The notes beneath the pieces are model-generated. The model was not told where the DNA came from. It saw only the letters and a list, made by a program, of their open reading frames with translations, and ran no database searches. Of a DNA stretch of 64,000 bases, positions 42,636 through 52,401 are shown one piece after another. Location: contig JAFLEE010000010.1 in the NCBI GenBank assembly GCA_017302015.1, positions 20,752-84,751 on the forward strand, written 5' to 3'. How positions within the stretch are numbered: the first letter of the stretch is position 1; the number at the start of each line of letters is the position of its first letter. Position numbers and translations under genes: made by a program. The stretch is from Spirochaetota bacterium (GTDB taxonomy: Bacteria; Spirochaetota; UBA12135; COTS27; JAFLEE01).

Positions 42636-43979
42636 ATGCTCGAACTGATCCGCAATATCTTCCGGATTCCGGAACTCCGCCAGCGGATCCTCTTCACGCT
42701 CGGCTGCCTCGTCGTGTTCCGCATCGGCGCCCACATCACGTGCCCCGGCATCAGTCCCACCGGCCTCGCCGAAATGATCAAGAGCCTCAACCAGGGCAAT
42801 TTCGGCGGTCTCATCTCCTTCATCGACCTCTTCGCCGGCGGAGCCTTCGAGCGCTTCACCCTCTTCGCCTTGGGCATCATGCCCTACATCTCGGCGTCCA
42901 TCATCATCCAGATCCTCACCACCGTCGTGCCGCACCTGGAGCAGCTCCAGAAAGAGGGCGAAGCGGGCCGCCGCCAACTCCAGCAGTACATGCGCTACGG
43001 CACGATCCTCATCTGCGCGGTGCAGGCCGTGGCGATCAGCCGTTGGATCTACTCCCACCCGGGGGTGGTCGCGGGCGATCTCCAGGGGCATCCCGCGTTC
43101 TTCTCCTTCATCGTCGTGAGCACCATCACCGCCGGCACGGTCTTCCTCATGTGGCTCGGAGAGCAGATCACCGAGCGCGGCATCGGCAACGGCGTCTCGC
43201 TCATCATCTACGCCGGGATCGCGGCGCGCATCCCGCAAGAGTTCATGAAGGTGATCGACTCGGTGCAGAAGGGCGACTTCAACCCGGTGGCCTTCCTGCT
43301 CATCCTCTTCATCTTCGCCGTCGTGGTCTTCTTCGTCGTCTTCGAGCAGGAGGGGCAGCGCCGCATCCCGGTGCAGTTCGCCCGGAAGGTCGTGGGGCGG
43401 AAGGTCTACGGATCCCAGAACACCTATATCCCGTTCAAGGTCAATCCGACGGGCGTCATCCCGATCATCTTCGCCTCGGCCATGGTGATGGTGCCCGCGC
43501 AGATCGCCCAGATGCTCGGGGATAAATTCCAGAGCGTCGCCCAACTCGCCACCTACCTTTCGCCCGGACAATGGCCCTACGTCTTCGTCTACGGCCTCCT
43601 GGTCATCGGCTTCGCCTACTTCTACACCTTCGTGGTGTTCAACCCCGTGGAGATCGCGGAGAACCTGAAGCGTTCGGGGGGCTATATCCCCGGCATCCGC
43701 CCCGGTCTGCACACCCAGGAATACATGCACGCCGTGCTCACCCGCATCACGGTGGCCGGCTCCATCTTCCTGGCGATCGTCGCCGTTTTCCCGGACCTGC
43801 TCCTCAAGATCCCCATGTTCACCGGGATCACCCCGGGTTTCGCCCACTTGATGGGCGGCACCTCCCTCCTCATCCTCATTTCGGTCGACCTCGACACGAT
43901 GAAGCAGATCGAGTCCCAACTCGTGATGCGCGAATACGACGGATTTCTCTCGCGCCGGCGCAAAAAACGCGTGCGTTGA
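42636..43979 (+). CDS. secY: preprotein translocase subunit SecY
   Basis: 447 aa, 10 TM helices. ...[21 protein letters not shown]... consensus. Confidence 0.95.
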   Translation: MLELIRNIFRIPELRQRILFTLGCLVVFRIGAHITCPGISPTGLAEMIKSLNQGNFGGLISFIDLFAGGAFERFTLFALGIMPYISASIIIQILTTVVPHLEQLQKEGEAGRRQLQQYMRYGTILICAVQAVAISRWIYSHPGVVAGDLQGHPAFFSFIVVSTITAGTVFLMWLGEQITERGIGNGVSLIIYAGIAARIPQEFMKVIDSVQKGDFNPVAFLLILFIFAVVVFFVVFEQEGQRRIPVQFARKVVGRKVYGSQNTYIPFKVNPTGVIPIIFASAMVMVPAQIAQMLGDKFQSVAQLATYLSPGQWPYVFVYGLLVIGFAYFYTFVVFNPVEIAENLKRSGGYIPGIRPGLHTQEYMHAVLTRITVAGSIFLAIVAVFPDLLLKIPMFTGITPGFAHLMGGTSLLILISVDLDTMKQIESQLVMREYDGFLSRRRKKRVR

Positions 43980-43997
43980 GGGCGGAGGAAGAGAAAG

Positions 43998-44234
43998 TTG
44001 GCCAAGGAAGATACGATCGAGGTGAACGGAACGGTGGTGGAGCCCCTCCCCAACGCGATGTTCAAAGTGAAACTGGAAAACGACCACGTCATCCTGTGCC
44101 ACATTTCTGGAAAGATGCGAATGTTCTACATCAAGATACTCCCGGGCGATCAGGTGCGCGTCGAACTCTCGCCCTACGATCTGACCCGTGGGCGGATCAT
44201 CTATCGATTCAAGGACCGGCAGGGAAAATCATGA
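43998..44234 (+). CDS. infA: translation initiation factor IF-1
   Basis: TTG start with strong [65 protein letters not shown]... No adk or map gene between secY and infA. Confidence 0.9.
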   Translation: MAKEDTIEVNGTVVEPLPNAMFKVKLENDHVILCHISGKMRMFYIKILPGDQVRVELSPYDLTRGRIIYRFKDRQGKS

Positions 44235-44344
44235 AAGTCAAAAGTTCGATCAAGAAAATCTGCAAAGATTGCAAGGTCATCCGCCGCAAAGGGGTGTTGC
44301 GCGTGATCTGTAAGAACCCCCGTCACAAGCAAAAACAAGGCTAG
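44231..44344 (+). CDS. rpmJ: 50S ribosomal protein L36
   Basis: Not in the ORF track (37 aa). My translation: [41 protein letters not shown] overlap with the infA stop. Confidence 0.9.
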   Translation: MKVKSSIKKICKDCKVIRRKGVLRVICKNPRHKQKQG

Positions 44345-44355
44345 AAGAGGAACAC

Positions 44356-44730
44356 ATGGCACGGATCGCGGGCGTCGATTTGCCCAACAAACGAATCGAG
44401 GTCGCCCTGACCTACATCTACGGCATCGGAAGGCCCCTGGCCCGCGAGATTCTCAAGAAGGCGGGGGTCAGCGTCGACACGCGGGCCAACGACCTCGCCG
44501 AGAAGGACGTCAGCGCCATCCGCAAGATCATCGAGAACGACCACGCGGTCGAGGGCGAACTGCGCGCGCGCGTGGCGACCTCCATCAAGCGCCTGGTGGA
44601 ACTCAACTGCTACCGCGGCCAGCGCCACCGGCACGGGCTCCCCGTGCGCGGGCAGCGCACCAAGACCAACGCCCGTACCCGCAAGGGAAAGGCCAAGACC
44701 GTCGCCAACAAGAAGATCGTGAAGAAATAA
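44356..44730 (+). CDS. rpsM: 30S ribosomal protein S13
   Basis: [33 protein letters not shown]... Confidence 0.95.
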   Translation: MARIAGVDLPNKRIEVALTYIYGIGRPLAREILKKAGVSVDTRANDLAEKDVSAIRKIIENDHAVEGELRARVATSIKRLVELNCYRGQRHRHGLPVRGQRTKTNARTRKGKAKTVANKKIVKK

Positions 44731-44740
44731 CGGGAACCCC

Positions 44741-45172
44741 ATGGCCAACCAACCGGAAAAGGAAAAAGACGCCGCTGAACCCAAGAAGGAGGGCGCCGCC
44801 GCCCCCAAGAAGAAGATCAAGCGGCACGTCGCCCAGGGCATCGTGCATGTCCAGAACACGTTCAACAATACGATCGTCACCGTGACCGACCTCACGGGGA
44901 ACGTGATCTCCTGGGCCAGCGCGGGGCACCTCAAGTTCCGCGGCGCCAAGAAGAGCACGCCGTTCGCCTCCCAAGTGACCGCGGCCGCCGCCATGGAGAA
45001 CGCCGTGAAGGCCGGGCTGCGCGAAGTCAAAGTGTTCGTCAAGGGTCCCGGGTTCGGGCGCGAGTCGGCCATCCGGGCCATCGCCCGCTCGGGCGTGCGC
45101 ATCGCCCTCATCAAGGACGTCACGGGCGTTCCCCACAACGGTTGCCGGCCCCGCAAAATCCGGCGCATCTAG
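44741..45172 (+). CDS. rpsK: 30S ribosomal protein S11
   Basis: ...GIVHVQNTFNNTIVTVTDLTGNVISWASAG... Confidence 0.95.
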   Translation: MANQPEKEKDAAEPKKEGAAAPKKKIKRHVAQGIVHVQNTFNNTIVTVTDLTGNVISWASAGHLKFRGAKKSTPFASQVTAAAAMENAVKAGLREVKVFVKGPGFGRESAIRAIARSGVRIALIKDVTGVPHNGCRPRKIRRI

Positions 45173-45180
45173 GAGTACCC

Positions 45181-45807
45181 ATGGCCCGCTATATTGGACC
45201 CGTCTGCCGCCTTTGCCGGCGCGAAAAAAACAAGTTGTTCCTCAAGGGCGACCGCTGCTACTCCGCCAAGTGCGCCATCGAGAAGAAGAAGGGGCCCCCC
45301 GGCGTGGCCCTCCCCCGCAAGAAGAACATGTCGGAGTTCGGTCAGCAACTGCGCGAGAAGCAGAAGGTGAAGCGCCACTACGGGCTGCTCGAGAAGCAGT
45401 TCCGCCTGTACTTCGAGAAATGCGCCCGCATGGAGGGCGACACGGGCGCCCTGCTGCTCAACACCCTCGAGAAGCGCCTCGACAACGTCGTCTACCGCCT
45501 CGGCTTCGCCTCCAGCCGCAGCGCTTCGCGGCAGCTCGTCCGACACAATAACATCCTGGTCAACGGGAAGCGGGTCAATATCCCCTCCACCCAGGTCCGG
45601 CTCAACGACCAGATCGCCCTCACCCCCGATATGAAGGAGAACGCGGCGGTCGTCGCCTCCCTCCAATCCAAGGCGTCCTCCGGGACCAAGCCCTGGCTCG
45701 ACCTGAACCCCGAGACGAAGGTCGGCTCGGTGCTCAAGGAACCCGCCCGCGAGGACGTGGACATCGAGATCGAAGAAAACCTCATCGTCGAGCTTTACAG
45801 CCGCTAA
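45181..45807 (+). CDS. rpsD: 30S ribosomal protein S4
   Basis: Internal ATG at 45181. MARYIGPVCRLCRREKNKLFLKGDRCYSAKCAIEKK... with zinc-finger-like N-terminus. Confidence 0.9.
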   Translation: MARYIGPVCRLCRREKNKLFLKGDRCYSAKCAIEKKKGPPGVALPRKKNMSEFGQQLREKQKVKRHYGLLEKQFRLYFEKCARMEGDTGALLLNTLEKRLDNVVYRLGFASSRSASRQLVRHNNILVNGKRVNIPSTQVRLNDQIALTPDMKENAAVVASLQSKASSGTKPWLDLNPETKVGSVLKEPAREDVDIEIEENLIVELYSR

Positions 45808-45836
45808 CGCGCCGCGCACGCAGGGGAACATACACG

Positions 45837-46841
45837 ATGGTTGAAAAAAGACTCGTTTCCGAATTCAAACGGCCCAAAGTGGTCGAGTACAAGCAGGACC
45901 TCGACCAGAAGGACTTCGGCGTGTTCACCGCGAAGCCCTACGAGCGCGGGTTCGGCACCACGGTCGGCAATTCGCTGCGGCGGACGCTCCTGTCCGCCAT
46001 GCCCGGCAACGCGATCATCGCGGTGCGGTTCGACAAGATCAACAACGAATTCCAGAACGTCAAGGGCGTCCTCCAGGACACCACCGAGATCTGCGCCAAC
46101 CTCAAACGGGTGGCCATCATCCTCAAAGACGCCAATATCCGCACGCGGGTGCTGGACTTCGAGATCAAGGGCAAGCGGCAGTTCACGGCGGGCGACCTCA
46201 AGGTCGACGAGACGATCGACGTGGGCAACCCCGACCTCGTCCTCTTCACCGCCAACAAGGACGCCGAGTTCACCTTCAGCGTGCAGGTCGATTCCGGTCG
46301 CGGCTACGTGCCGTCCGAGATGTTCGCCGACGCCGTGGAGACCAGCGGCGTGATCCTCCTCGACGCGAACTACAGCCCGGTGCGCAACGTGACCTTCAAC
46401 GTCGCCCCGCTGCGCATCGGCAACCGGAGCGACTACGAGAAGCTCACCCTCGAGATCCAGACCAACGGGCTGCTGACCCCCGAGCAGGCGCTGCGAGAGG
46501 CCGCCCAGATCCTGAAGGAATCCTACTTCACCTTCAATAACCTCGAGGCCGAGACCCTCACCTCCGCGGTGGACGACCGCCGCGATGGCGTCGTGTCCGA
46601 TCGCGACAAGGTGTTCTACCAGTCGGTCTACGCCATGGAATTCACGGTGCGGACCTACTACTTCCTGAAGCTCAACGACGTCCGCCAGGTCGGGCAGCTC
46701 GTGACGAAGACGGAAGAGGAGATCCGCGAGAAGAAGAAGTTCACCGCGGAAGTGCTCACCGATATCCGGGAAAAACTGGAAGCGAAAGGGCTGACCCTCG
46801 GCATGAAGAACATCGATTACCAGCCGAAAGGCATGCTCTAA
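45837..46841 (+). CDS. rpoA: DNA-directed RNA polymerase subunit alpha
   Basis: 334 aa, N-terminal dimerization domain plus alpha-CTD. Confidence 0.95.
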   Translation: MVEKRLVSEFKRPKVVEYKQDLDQKDFGVFTAKPYERGFGTTVGNSLRRTLLSAMPGNAIIAVRFDKINNEFQNVKGVLQDTTEICANLKRVAIILKDANIRTRVLDFEIKGKRQFTAGDLKVDETIDVGNPDLVLFTANKDAEFTFSVQVDSGRGYVPSEMFADAVETSGVILLDANYSPVRNVTFNVAPLRIGNRSDYEKLTLEIQTNGLLTPEQALREAAQILKESYFTFNNLEAETLTSAVDDRRDGVVSDRDKVFYQSVYAMEFTVRTYYFLKLNDVRQVGQLVTKTEEEIREKKKFTAEVLTDIREKLEAKGLTLGMKNIDYQPKGML

Positions 46842-46863
46842 CCACGGATCACCGGAGACCGTC

Positions 46864-47277
46864 ATGAACCACCAGAACGGCGTCAAAAAAATCGGCAAAG
46901 ACAGCCGCCACCGTATCGCGCTGCTCAAGGGCCTCGCCACCTCGCTCTTCCGACACGAGCACGTGGTGACGACCACCGCCAAGGGCAAGAGCCTGAAATC
47001 CTTCGCCGAGAGCCTCATCGAGCGCGGCAAGGTGGACACGCTCCATAACCGGCGCATGGCCTACCGGGCCATCCGGGACACCGCCGTGCTCAAGAAACTC
47101 TTCGAGAACATCGGCAAGCGCTACCAGAACCGCAAGGGCGGCTACACCCGCCTGCTCCACCTCGGCATGCGCAAGGGCGACGGCGGGGAGACCTGCCGCA
47201 TCGAACTCGTCGAGGAACTCCTGTCCCCCGACGCGGCCCCGAAGGCCCCCGAAACGAAGGGAACGGCCGCCGGATGA
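46864..47277 (+). CDS. rplQ: 50S ribosomal protein L17
   Basis: 137 aa. ...RHRIALLKGLATSLFRHEHVVTTTAKGKSLKSFAESLI... Confidence 0.95.
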   Translation: MNHQNGVKKIGKDSRHRIALLKGLATSLFRHEHVVTTTAKGKSLKSFAESLIERGKVDTLHNRRMAYRAIRDTAVLKKLFENIGKRYQNRKGGYTRLLHLGMRKGDGGETCRIELVEELLSPDAAPKAPETKGTAAG

Positions 47278-47747
47278 ACAAGAAACTGCTGAAGCAGTTT
47301 GAGAAGCGGCTCTTGGGCGAGCGGGAAAAGCTCCTCGCCAAACTAAACCTCGAGAAAGAGGCGTTCGTCGACCTGAAACGGAACGAGGTCGGCGACATTG
47401 TGGACAAGGCCTTCACCCAATGGGAGAAGGACCGGGCCATCGACATCAGCGAGGGCGACAAGCGGGTCCTCGTCGAGATCGACCGTGCGCTGCACCGCAT
47501 GCGCACCGGCGGCTACGGCGTGTGCATCCTCTGCAATTGCGACATCGACCCCATGCGCCTCGAGGCCCTGCCCTGGACGCAGACCTGCGTTGATCCGAAG
47601 CGTTGCCGAGCCAATAAGGCGGCGAACCCCTCGGTCAAACCCGCGCCCGCCGTGAAGGCGGCCGTGGAGCCGACGAAGCCCGCGGCGAAGGCGGCGGCTT
47701 CCTCCAAGGCCAGCGCCAAGCCCTCCGCCAAACGCCGCGCGAAATAA
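47274..47747 (+). CDS. DksA/TraR-family C4 zinc-finger protein with Lys/Ala/Pro-rich basic C-terminal tail
   Basis: 157 aa. Coiled-coil N-terminus, then CILCNCDIDPMRLEALPWTQTC (C4 finger of DksA/TraR). The last ~45 aa are KPAAKAAA-type low complexity. ATGA overlap with the rplQ stop. Confidence 0.7.
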   Translation: MNKKLLKQFEKRLLGEREKLLAKLNLEKEAFVDLKRNEVGDIVDKAFTQWEKDRAIDISEGDKRVLVEIDRALHRMRTGGYGVCILCNCDIDPMRLEALPWTQTCVDPKRCRANKAANPSVKPAPAVKAAVEPTKPAAKAAASSKASAKPSAKRRAK

Positions 47748-49718
47748 ATGGGCCGGGTCGCGGTCGCTTTCAAGCGGCCCCTCTCCCGGTTCTACTCCTA
47801 CGACGCGCCCGATCCCGAGGCCGCGCATTGGCGCCGCGTCGAGGTCGAACTGGGGCACAAGAAGACCCTCGGGGTGTGCCTGCCCGAATCCTATTGCGGC
47901 GAGGAGTCGGGTTTCGCCCTCAAGCCCCTGGGCAGGATCCTGGACCGAGACCCCATGCTCGACGGCGAGCGAGTGGATCTGGCCCTCTGGATCGCCGACT
48001 ATTTCCACTCGGCCCCGGGGGAGGCCCTCGGGCTCTTTTTCCCCTTCGGGGATTATGCGCTCCCGGCGAAGGAGCGGAAAGCCAAGGCGAAGCCCGTCTA
48101 TCTGCCGAGTTTGGGGGAGGCCCTCGCCCTGAACGAGGAGCAGGAAAAGGCGGTCGCCCAAATTCTCGGGGCATCGGGCAAGTCGCCCATCAGCCTGGTG
48201 CACGGGGTCACGGGGAGCGGCAAGACCTGGGTCTATGCCGAATTGATCCGGCGCGTGATGCTCGCGGGGAAGCAGGCCATCCTCGCGCTCCCCGAAATCG
48301 CCCTCACCCCCCAATTGGAGGGTTTTTTCCGGGAACGCTTCGGGGATCGTCTCGCGGTCATCCATAGCCGGATCCCCGACGCGCGAAAGTACGCCGATTG
48401 GTTGCGCATCGCGCGGGGGGAAGCCGGCCTGGTTCTCGGCGCCCGTTCGGCGATCTTCGCTCCGCTGCGAACCCCCGGCCTCATCTGCCTGGATGAGGAG
48501 CACGAGGCCACCTATAAGAATAACCAGGTGCCGCGCTACCATGCCCGCACCGTCGCCCAAGTGCGCTGCGCCCGCGCCGGCGCGCCGTTGGTGCTGGGAT
48601 CGGCGACGCCGAGCCTCGAGGCCCGCTACCAGGCGGAGCAGGGGCGCATCGGGATGGTGCGCTTGACCCGGCGCTACCATGCGGCCGGATTGCCGGTATC
48701 GGAAGTGGTGGCCCCCTCCGGGATCCCGGGGATGCTCCTCCCGGAGCGGGCGGTGCGCGAGATCGCGCGGCGAAAGGCTCTCGGGGAACAGGTGCTCGTC
48801 TACCTCAACAAGCGCGGGTACGCAAGCGGCCGGCGCTGCGGGTCGTGCGGCTGGATCCAGGGCTGCCCGCGCTGCTCCGTGAGCCTGACCTGGCACAAGA
48901 GCCGGCGGCGCTGCGATTGCCATTTTTGCGGGCATTCCGAGGCGGTGCTCGAGGCCTGCCCGCGCTGCGGTACGGCGCCCCTCCTCGAGGCGGGCTACGG
49001 CACCGAGCGCATCGAGGAGGAGTTCGGCAAGCGGCTCCCCGGGGTGCGCGTTGGGCGCTTGGATTCAGACCGGATCCGCAAGGAGAAGGACGGTTGGGCC
49101 GTCTTGGAGGCATTCCGCTCCGGCGCCTTGGACGTGCTCGTGGGCACCCAGATGCTCACCAAGGGGCATGATTTCCCCAAGGTGAACTTGGTGGTCGTCC
49201 TCTTCCCCGAGAACCTCCTCGTGTTCCCGGATTTCAGGGCTTCGGAGCGGACCTTCTCCCAGATCACCCAGGTCAGCGGTCGGTCGGGGAGGCGTGGGCT
49301 GGAAGGGTCGGTGATGATCGTGAGCGCCTGGGCCGACCAGCCGGCCATCGAATGGGGGCGGCGCCAGGATTACGAGGCCTTCTACGAGGCCGAGCGCGAA
49401 GTCAGGCGGCGTTTCGACTGGCCCCCCTTCGCCAAGATGATGCGCCTGGTGCTGCGGGGACCGAGCCAGCCCGCCGTGAAGGCCGCGGCCGAAAAACTCG
49501 GCGGGGAACTCGCCCAGCGGCTCGGGGAATCCGCCATCCTCTTGGGGCCCGCTCCCTGCCTCTTGGAGCGCGTGAAGAACCATTGGCGCCACCAACTCGT
49601 GCTGAAGATCCGCGACGAGAAAGCGTTCCGCGCGGCGATCCGGGGCTTCCGGGAGGGGGTGAAGGTCCGTCCCCCCCTCTACCTCGAGTTCGACATGGAT
49701 CCGATGGATATGCTTTGA
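47748..49718 (+). CDS. priA: primosomal protein N' (replication restart helicase)
   Basis: 656 aa. Walker A GVTGSGKT, DEEH box (LDEEHE), two Cys4 zinc-binding clusters, C-terminal helicase motifs. Starts 1 nt after the dksA-like stop. Confidence 0.85.
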   Translation: MGRVAVAFKRPLSRFYSYDAPDPEAAHWRRVEVELGHKKTLGVCLPESYCGEESGFALKPLGRILDRDPMLDGERVDLALWIADYFHSAPGEALGLFFPFGDYALPAKERKAKAKPVYLPSLGEALALNEEQEKAVAQILGASGKSPISLVHGVTGSGKTWVYAELIRRVMLAGKQAILALPEIALTPQLEGFFRERFGDRLAVIHSRIPDARKYADWLRIARGEAGLVLGARSAIFAPLRTPGLICLDEEHEATYKNNQVPRYHARTVAQVRCARAGAPLVLGSATPSLEARYQAEQGRIGMVRLTRRYHAAGLPVSEVVAPSGIPGMLLPERAVREIARRKALGEQVLVYLNKRGYASGRRCGSCGWIQGCPRCSVSLTWHKSRRRCDCHFCGHSEAVLEACPRCGTAPLLEAGYGTERIEEEFGKRLPGVRVGRLDSDRIRKEKDGWAVLEAFRSGALDVLVGTQMLTKGHDFPKVNLVVVLFPENLLVFPDFRASERTFSQITQVSGRSGRRGLEGSVMIVSAWADQPAIEWGRRQDYEAFYEAEREVRRRFDWPPFAKMMRLVLRGPSQPAVKAAAEKLGGELAQRLGESAILLGPAPCLLERVKNHWRHQLVLKIRDEKAFRAAIRGFREGVKVRPPLYLEFDMDPMDML

Positions 49719-49733
49719 GAGGGGACCCCCCGG

Positions 49734-51317
49734 TCAAAAGACGGGCTGGGTGAAGGAGTTCACCGGCACGAACTCTTCCTTCCCGCCACGGCCGCCGCCG
49801 CCCGAGTGGCTGGAATAGATGAGCGTCTGGTAGCAGCCGAACCGGTTGAAGAGGCGGTCGTCGAGGCGCGGCATATGGGGATCGTCCATGAAAGGGAAAT
49901 AGACGATGGCGTCTTGCGCCAGGGAACTATCGGAGAGCGGCGTGAGCACGAAGGATTTCTGGGACCGGGGCGCATGGCGCGAATAGCAGGAGAGGCGGTT
50001 CTCGGGCTTCTTCGGGCCGAAGCCGGTGAACTTGTCGACGTGGATGATGCGCTCGAAGCGCTCGTCGGAGAAGCCGGGGGGGAGGGTGAACATGGGCTTC
50101 ATGAAATGGATGAAGATCTCGAGGTCGTCGTGGTCGGCGCTCATGCGCTCCTGGTAGGCGCCATAGAAGAGCCGCCGCCACGCCCGGTCGGGGGGGTAGT
50201 GGAGGCGGTTATCGGAGCCGAGGAGGGGCTCCATCTCCATGAGTTCGGCGCCGTTGAACCCGAAGCATTCCACGGGAATCCCGAAATCGCGGATCTTCTC
50301 GAGGAGTACGTGGTAGGGGAGGGTCTCCTTCTGGAACGTCTCGAGCACGGGCGGGTAGATGCGGCGGATTTCCTCCTCGAGTTGTTCGTCGGTCACGGCC
50401 TTTCCGGCGAGGTAATCGTCGATGACCGGCTGGCTCTCGCGGGCGAGGTCGATGTAGATCTTGCGGACCTTCTTGAGCTCGTAGATCATCGGAAGCAGGA
50501 TCGAGACGTCGGCGGCTACGAAGGGGGAGATGGTCCACCAGATCCACAGGAGCAGGTTCTTGCGGGGGAGCTGCTGGTGCACGTAATCCTCGAAGGCGAG
50601 CTTGCGGGCTTCGAACTCGGCGGCGACGTCGCGGCAGATCTCCCGTTCCCGTTCGACCTGTTCCCCCGCGGCGCCCGGGGTCTCGAGGTAGCGGTAGGCC
50701 GACTCGTCCAATCCGAGGAGCTGCTTCGCCTTGCAGGTGCCCAGGAGATCGCGCACCGCCTTTTTTTCGAGGGCGCAAGTCCGTTGGAAGGAGCCCGTAC
50801 GCACCCGGGCGACGAACATCAGCGCGAGGGCGTGGGACCGGTGGGTCGCCGCGTCATCTAAGGAGAGGGTGGCGAATTCCTCCTCGGATAATTGCCCCCG
50901 GCGGGCTTCCAGGTAGGCATCGAGGTCGCCATATAGGTCGATGGCCGCATCGGGCGGGGCCCCGTGTTGGAGGGCGTATTGGAAGGCCGCGTAGAGGTGG
51001 AACTCGCGCAGGATCTTGCCGACGAGGGTGTGGTAGAAGAAATCGCGCACGTAGAGGATGCGATTGGCGGTATCGAGGAGCACGGGTTCTTCGGGCAGGG
51101 CGGCCTGCACGAGGCGGATGGAGGCGGGGTGCTCGTGGAACCAGGCGAGGAGGTCGCCCCACTGGCCGCTCTTCTGGTGGTAGGATTCGAGGTCTTCGAT
51201 GGCGCGCTCGAGTTCGAGAGTGTGGGGAAGGGCATCGGCGAGGCCGACGCGGTCTTCTTCGGGGAGCGCGGCCAGGGCGGCGGCATCGAGTATTCTAAAG
51301 AAGGAACGCATCGCCAT
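49734..51317 (-). CDS. hypothetical protein (528 aa) with one central TM helix; third gene of phosphatase/zinc-ribbon operon
   Basis: I take the start at the internal ATG (MAMRSFFRILD...). The upstream 275 codons of the track ORF are Arg/Pro-rich antisense junk overlapping the zinc-ribbon gene. One hydrophobic helix (LLLWIWWTISPFVAADVSILLPMIY) and a Gly-rich C-terminus. No known domain recognized. Confidence 0.5.
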   Translation of the reverse strand: MAMRSFFRILDAAALAALPEEDRVGLADALPHTLELERAIEDLESYHQKSGQWGDLLAWFHEHPASIRLVQAALPEEPVLLDTANRILYVRDFFYHTLVGKILREFHLYAAFQYALQHGAPPDAAIDLYGDLDAYLEARRGQLSEEEFATLSLDDAATHRSHALALMFVARVRTGSFQRTCALEKKAVRDLLGTCKAKQLLGLDESAYRYLETPGAAGEQVEREREICRDVAAEFEARKLAFEDYVHQQLPRKNLLLWIWWTISPFVAADVSILLPMIYELKKVRKIYIDLARESQPVIDDYLAGKAVTDEQLEEEIRRIYPPVLETFQKETLPYHVLLEKIRDFGIPVECFGFNGAELMEMEPLLGSDNRLHYPPDRAWRRLFYGAYQERMSADHDDLEIFIHFMKPMFTLPPGFSDERFERIIHVDKFTGFGPKKPENRLSCYSRHAPRSQKSFVLTPLSDSSLAQDAIVYFPFMDDPHMPRLDDRLFNRFGCYQTLIYSSHSGGGGRGGKEEFVPVNSFTQPVF

Positions 51318-51349
51318 AAATGTAAGCGGTGGCGGGGGCCCGAGCAAGC

Positions 51350-52399
51350 TCAGGCGAGGAGCTTGTGGAAATGGGCCGTGGCCTTCACGGAGCCCAGCCT
51401 CGACCAGGACTGGAAAAGGGGCTGGAATTCGGGGAACTGGCGAAGGCCCACGCGCTTCTCCTCTTCGAGGGCGACGAAGTGCCCGTCGTGCTCGAACCAG
51501 AGCATGCGGAAATAGCGACTGAGGGCGTTCTTCAGGGGCGAGGGGGTCTTGACCTTCGACCAGGCCGACACCGCTTCCCCGCTTAAATGGTCGCACACTT
51601 GGCGTTGGAACCAAACCTCGGGCGCGGAGGCTGTCAGGTGGATTTCGCCGTGTTCCAGGTGCCAGGGGGACGTTTTGGGGCGGGCCGGATCTTGGAAGAA
51701 TATCGGCAGGTCGGGGAGGCGGAAATCTCGGTCGAGGGTTCGCAGGAAGGACGCGACGCGATCGGCGGTCTCCACCGCCTTCTCGATGCCGGGCAACCCC
51801 GTCGGTTTGCAGAACACGCAAGCAGGCCAGGGAGTGCCTGCGAGGAGGTCGCGGGTGGGGAGGCCGCAGAAGGTGCAACGGGGACCGGCCTCGAAACAAC
51901 TCGGGCAATAGGCGCCCTTGCGCCACTCGAACCGGCGGGCCTCGCCCCCCAGGGCGGCGCCGCAGCAGGTACAAGCGCGAGCGCGGCAATCTTCGCAGGC
52001 ATCGCCCTTCCCCAGGGTGCCGGGCTTGTGGACTTCCATGCAATGGGGACAGCGCTTGGCCGATTGGCGGCAACCGCGGCAGATATGCGTGCGTTCGGGG
52101 GCATAGAGGACGAACCGGGCGTCGCCCAGGTCCTGGCCGCACAGGGCGCAGAGTTTGGGGCGGCCGATGGTATCGAGGCGGGCGAGTTTGGCCATCGCGG
52201 CCTCGTGGAGGCGGGCGGCCTGGGCCCGGGTGTCGATGCGCTCCATACTCGCGGGCACGAGGCCCTTCGGGTACGGGTCGGCCTTTGGCGCGGGGGGCGC
52301 CGGCGGCGCGGATTCGGGGCCGCGCACGCGCAGGGCCCCGGCCTTCTCATCCTCGCTGAGCTTCTTCCATCCATCCCACGTTCGGATACCGGCGGCCAT
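51350..52399 (-). CDS. multi-zinc-ribbon protein (about eight CxxC pairs) with C-terminal uncharacterized domain
   Basis: Start at the internal ATG (MAAGIRTWDG...). The central segment CALCGQ...CRGCRQ...CPHC...CEDC...CTCCG...CPSC...CTFC...CVFC forms about four tandem Zn ribbons. The ~150-aa C-terminal region is unknown. Confidence 0.5.
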   Translation of the reverse strand: MAAGIRTWDGWKKLSEDEKAGALRVRGPESAPPAPPAPKADPYPKGLVPASMERIDTRAQAARLHEAAMAKLARLDTIGRPKLCALCGQDLGDARFVLYAPERTHICRGCRQSAKRCPHCMEVHKPGTLGKGDACEDCRARACTCCGAALGGEARRFEWRKGAYCPSCFEAGPRCTFCGLPTRDLLAGTPWPACVFCKPTGLPGIEKAVETADRVASFLRTLDRDFRLPDLPIFFQDPARPKTSPWHLEHGEIHLTASAPEVWFQRQVCDHLSGEAVSAWSKVKTPSPLKNALSRYFRMLWFEHDGHFVALEEEKRVGLRQFPEFQPLFQSWSRLGSVKATAHFHKLLA

Positions 52400-52401
52400 G
52401 G

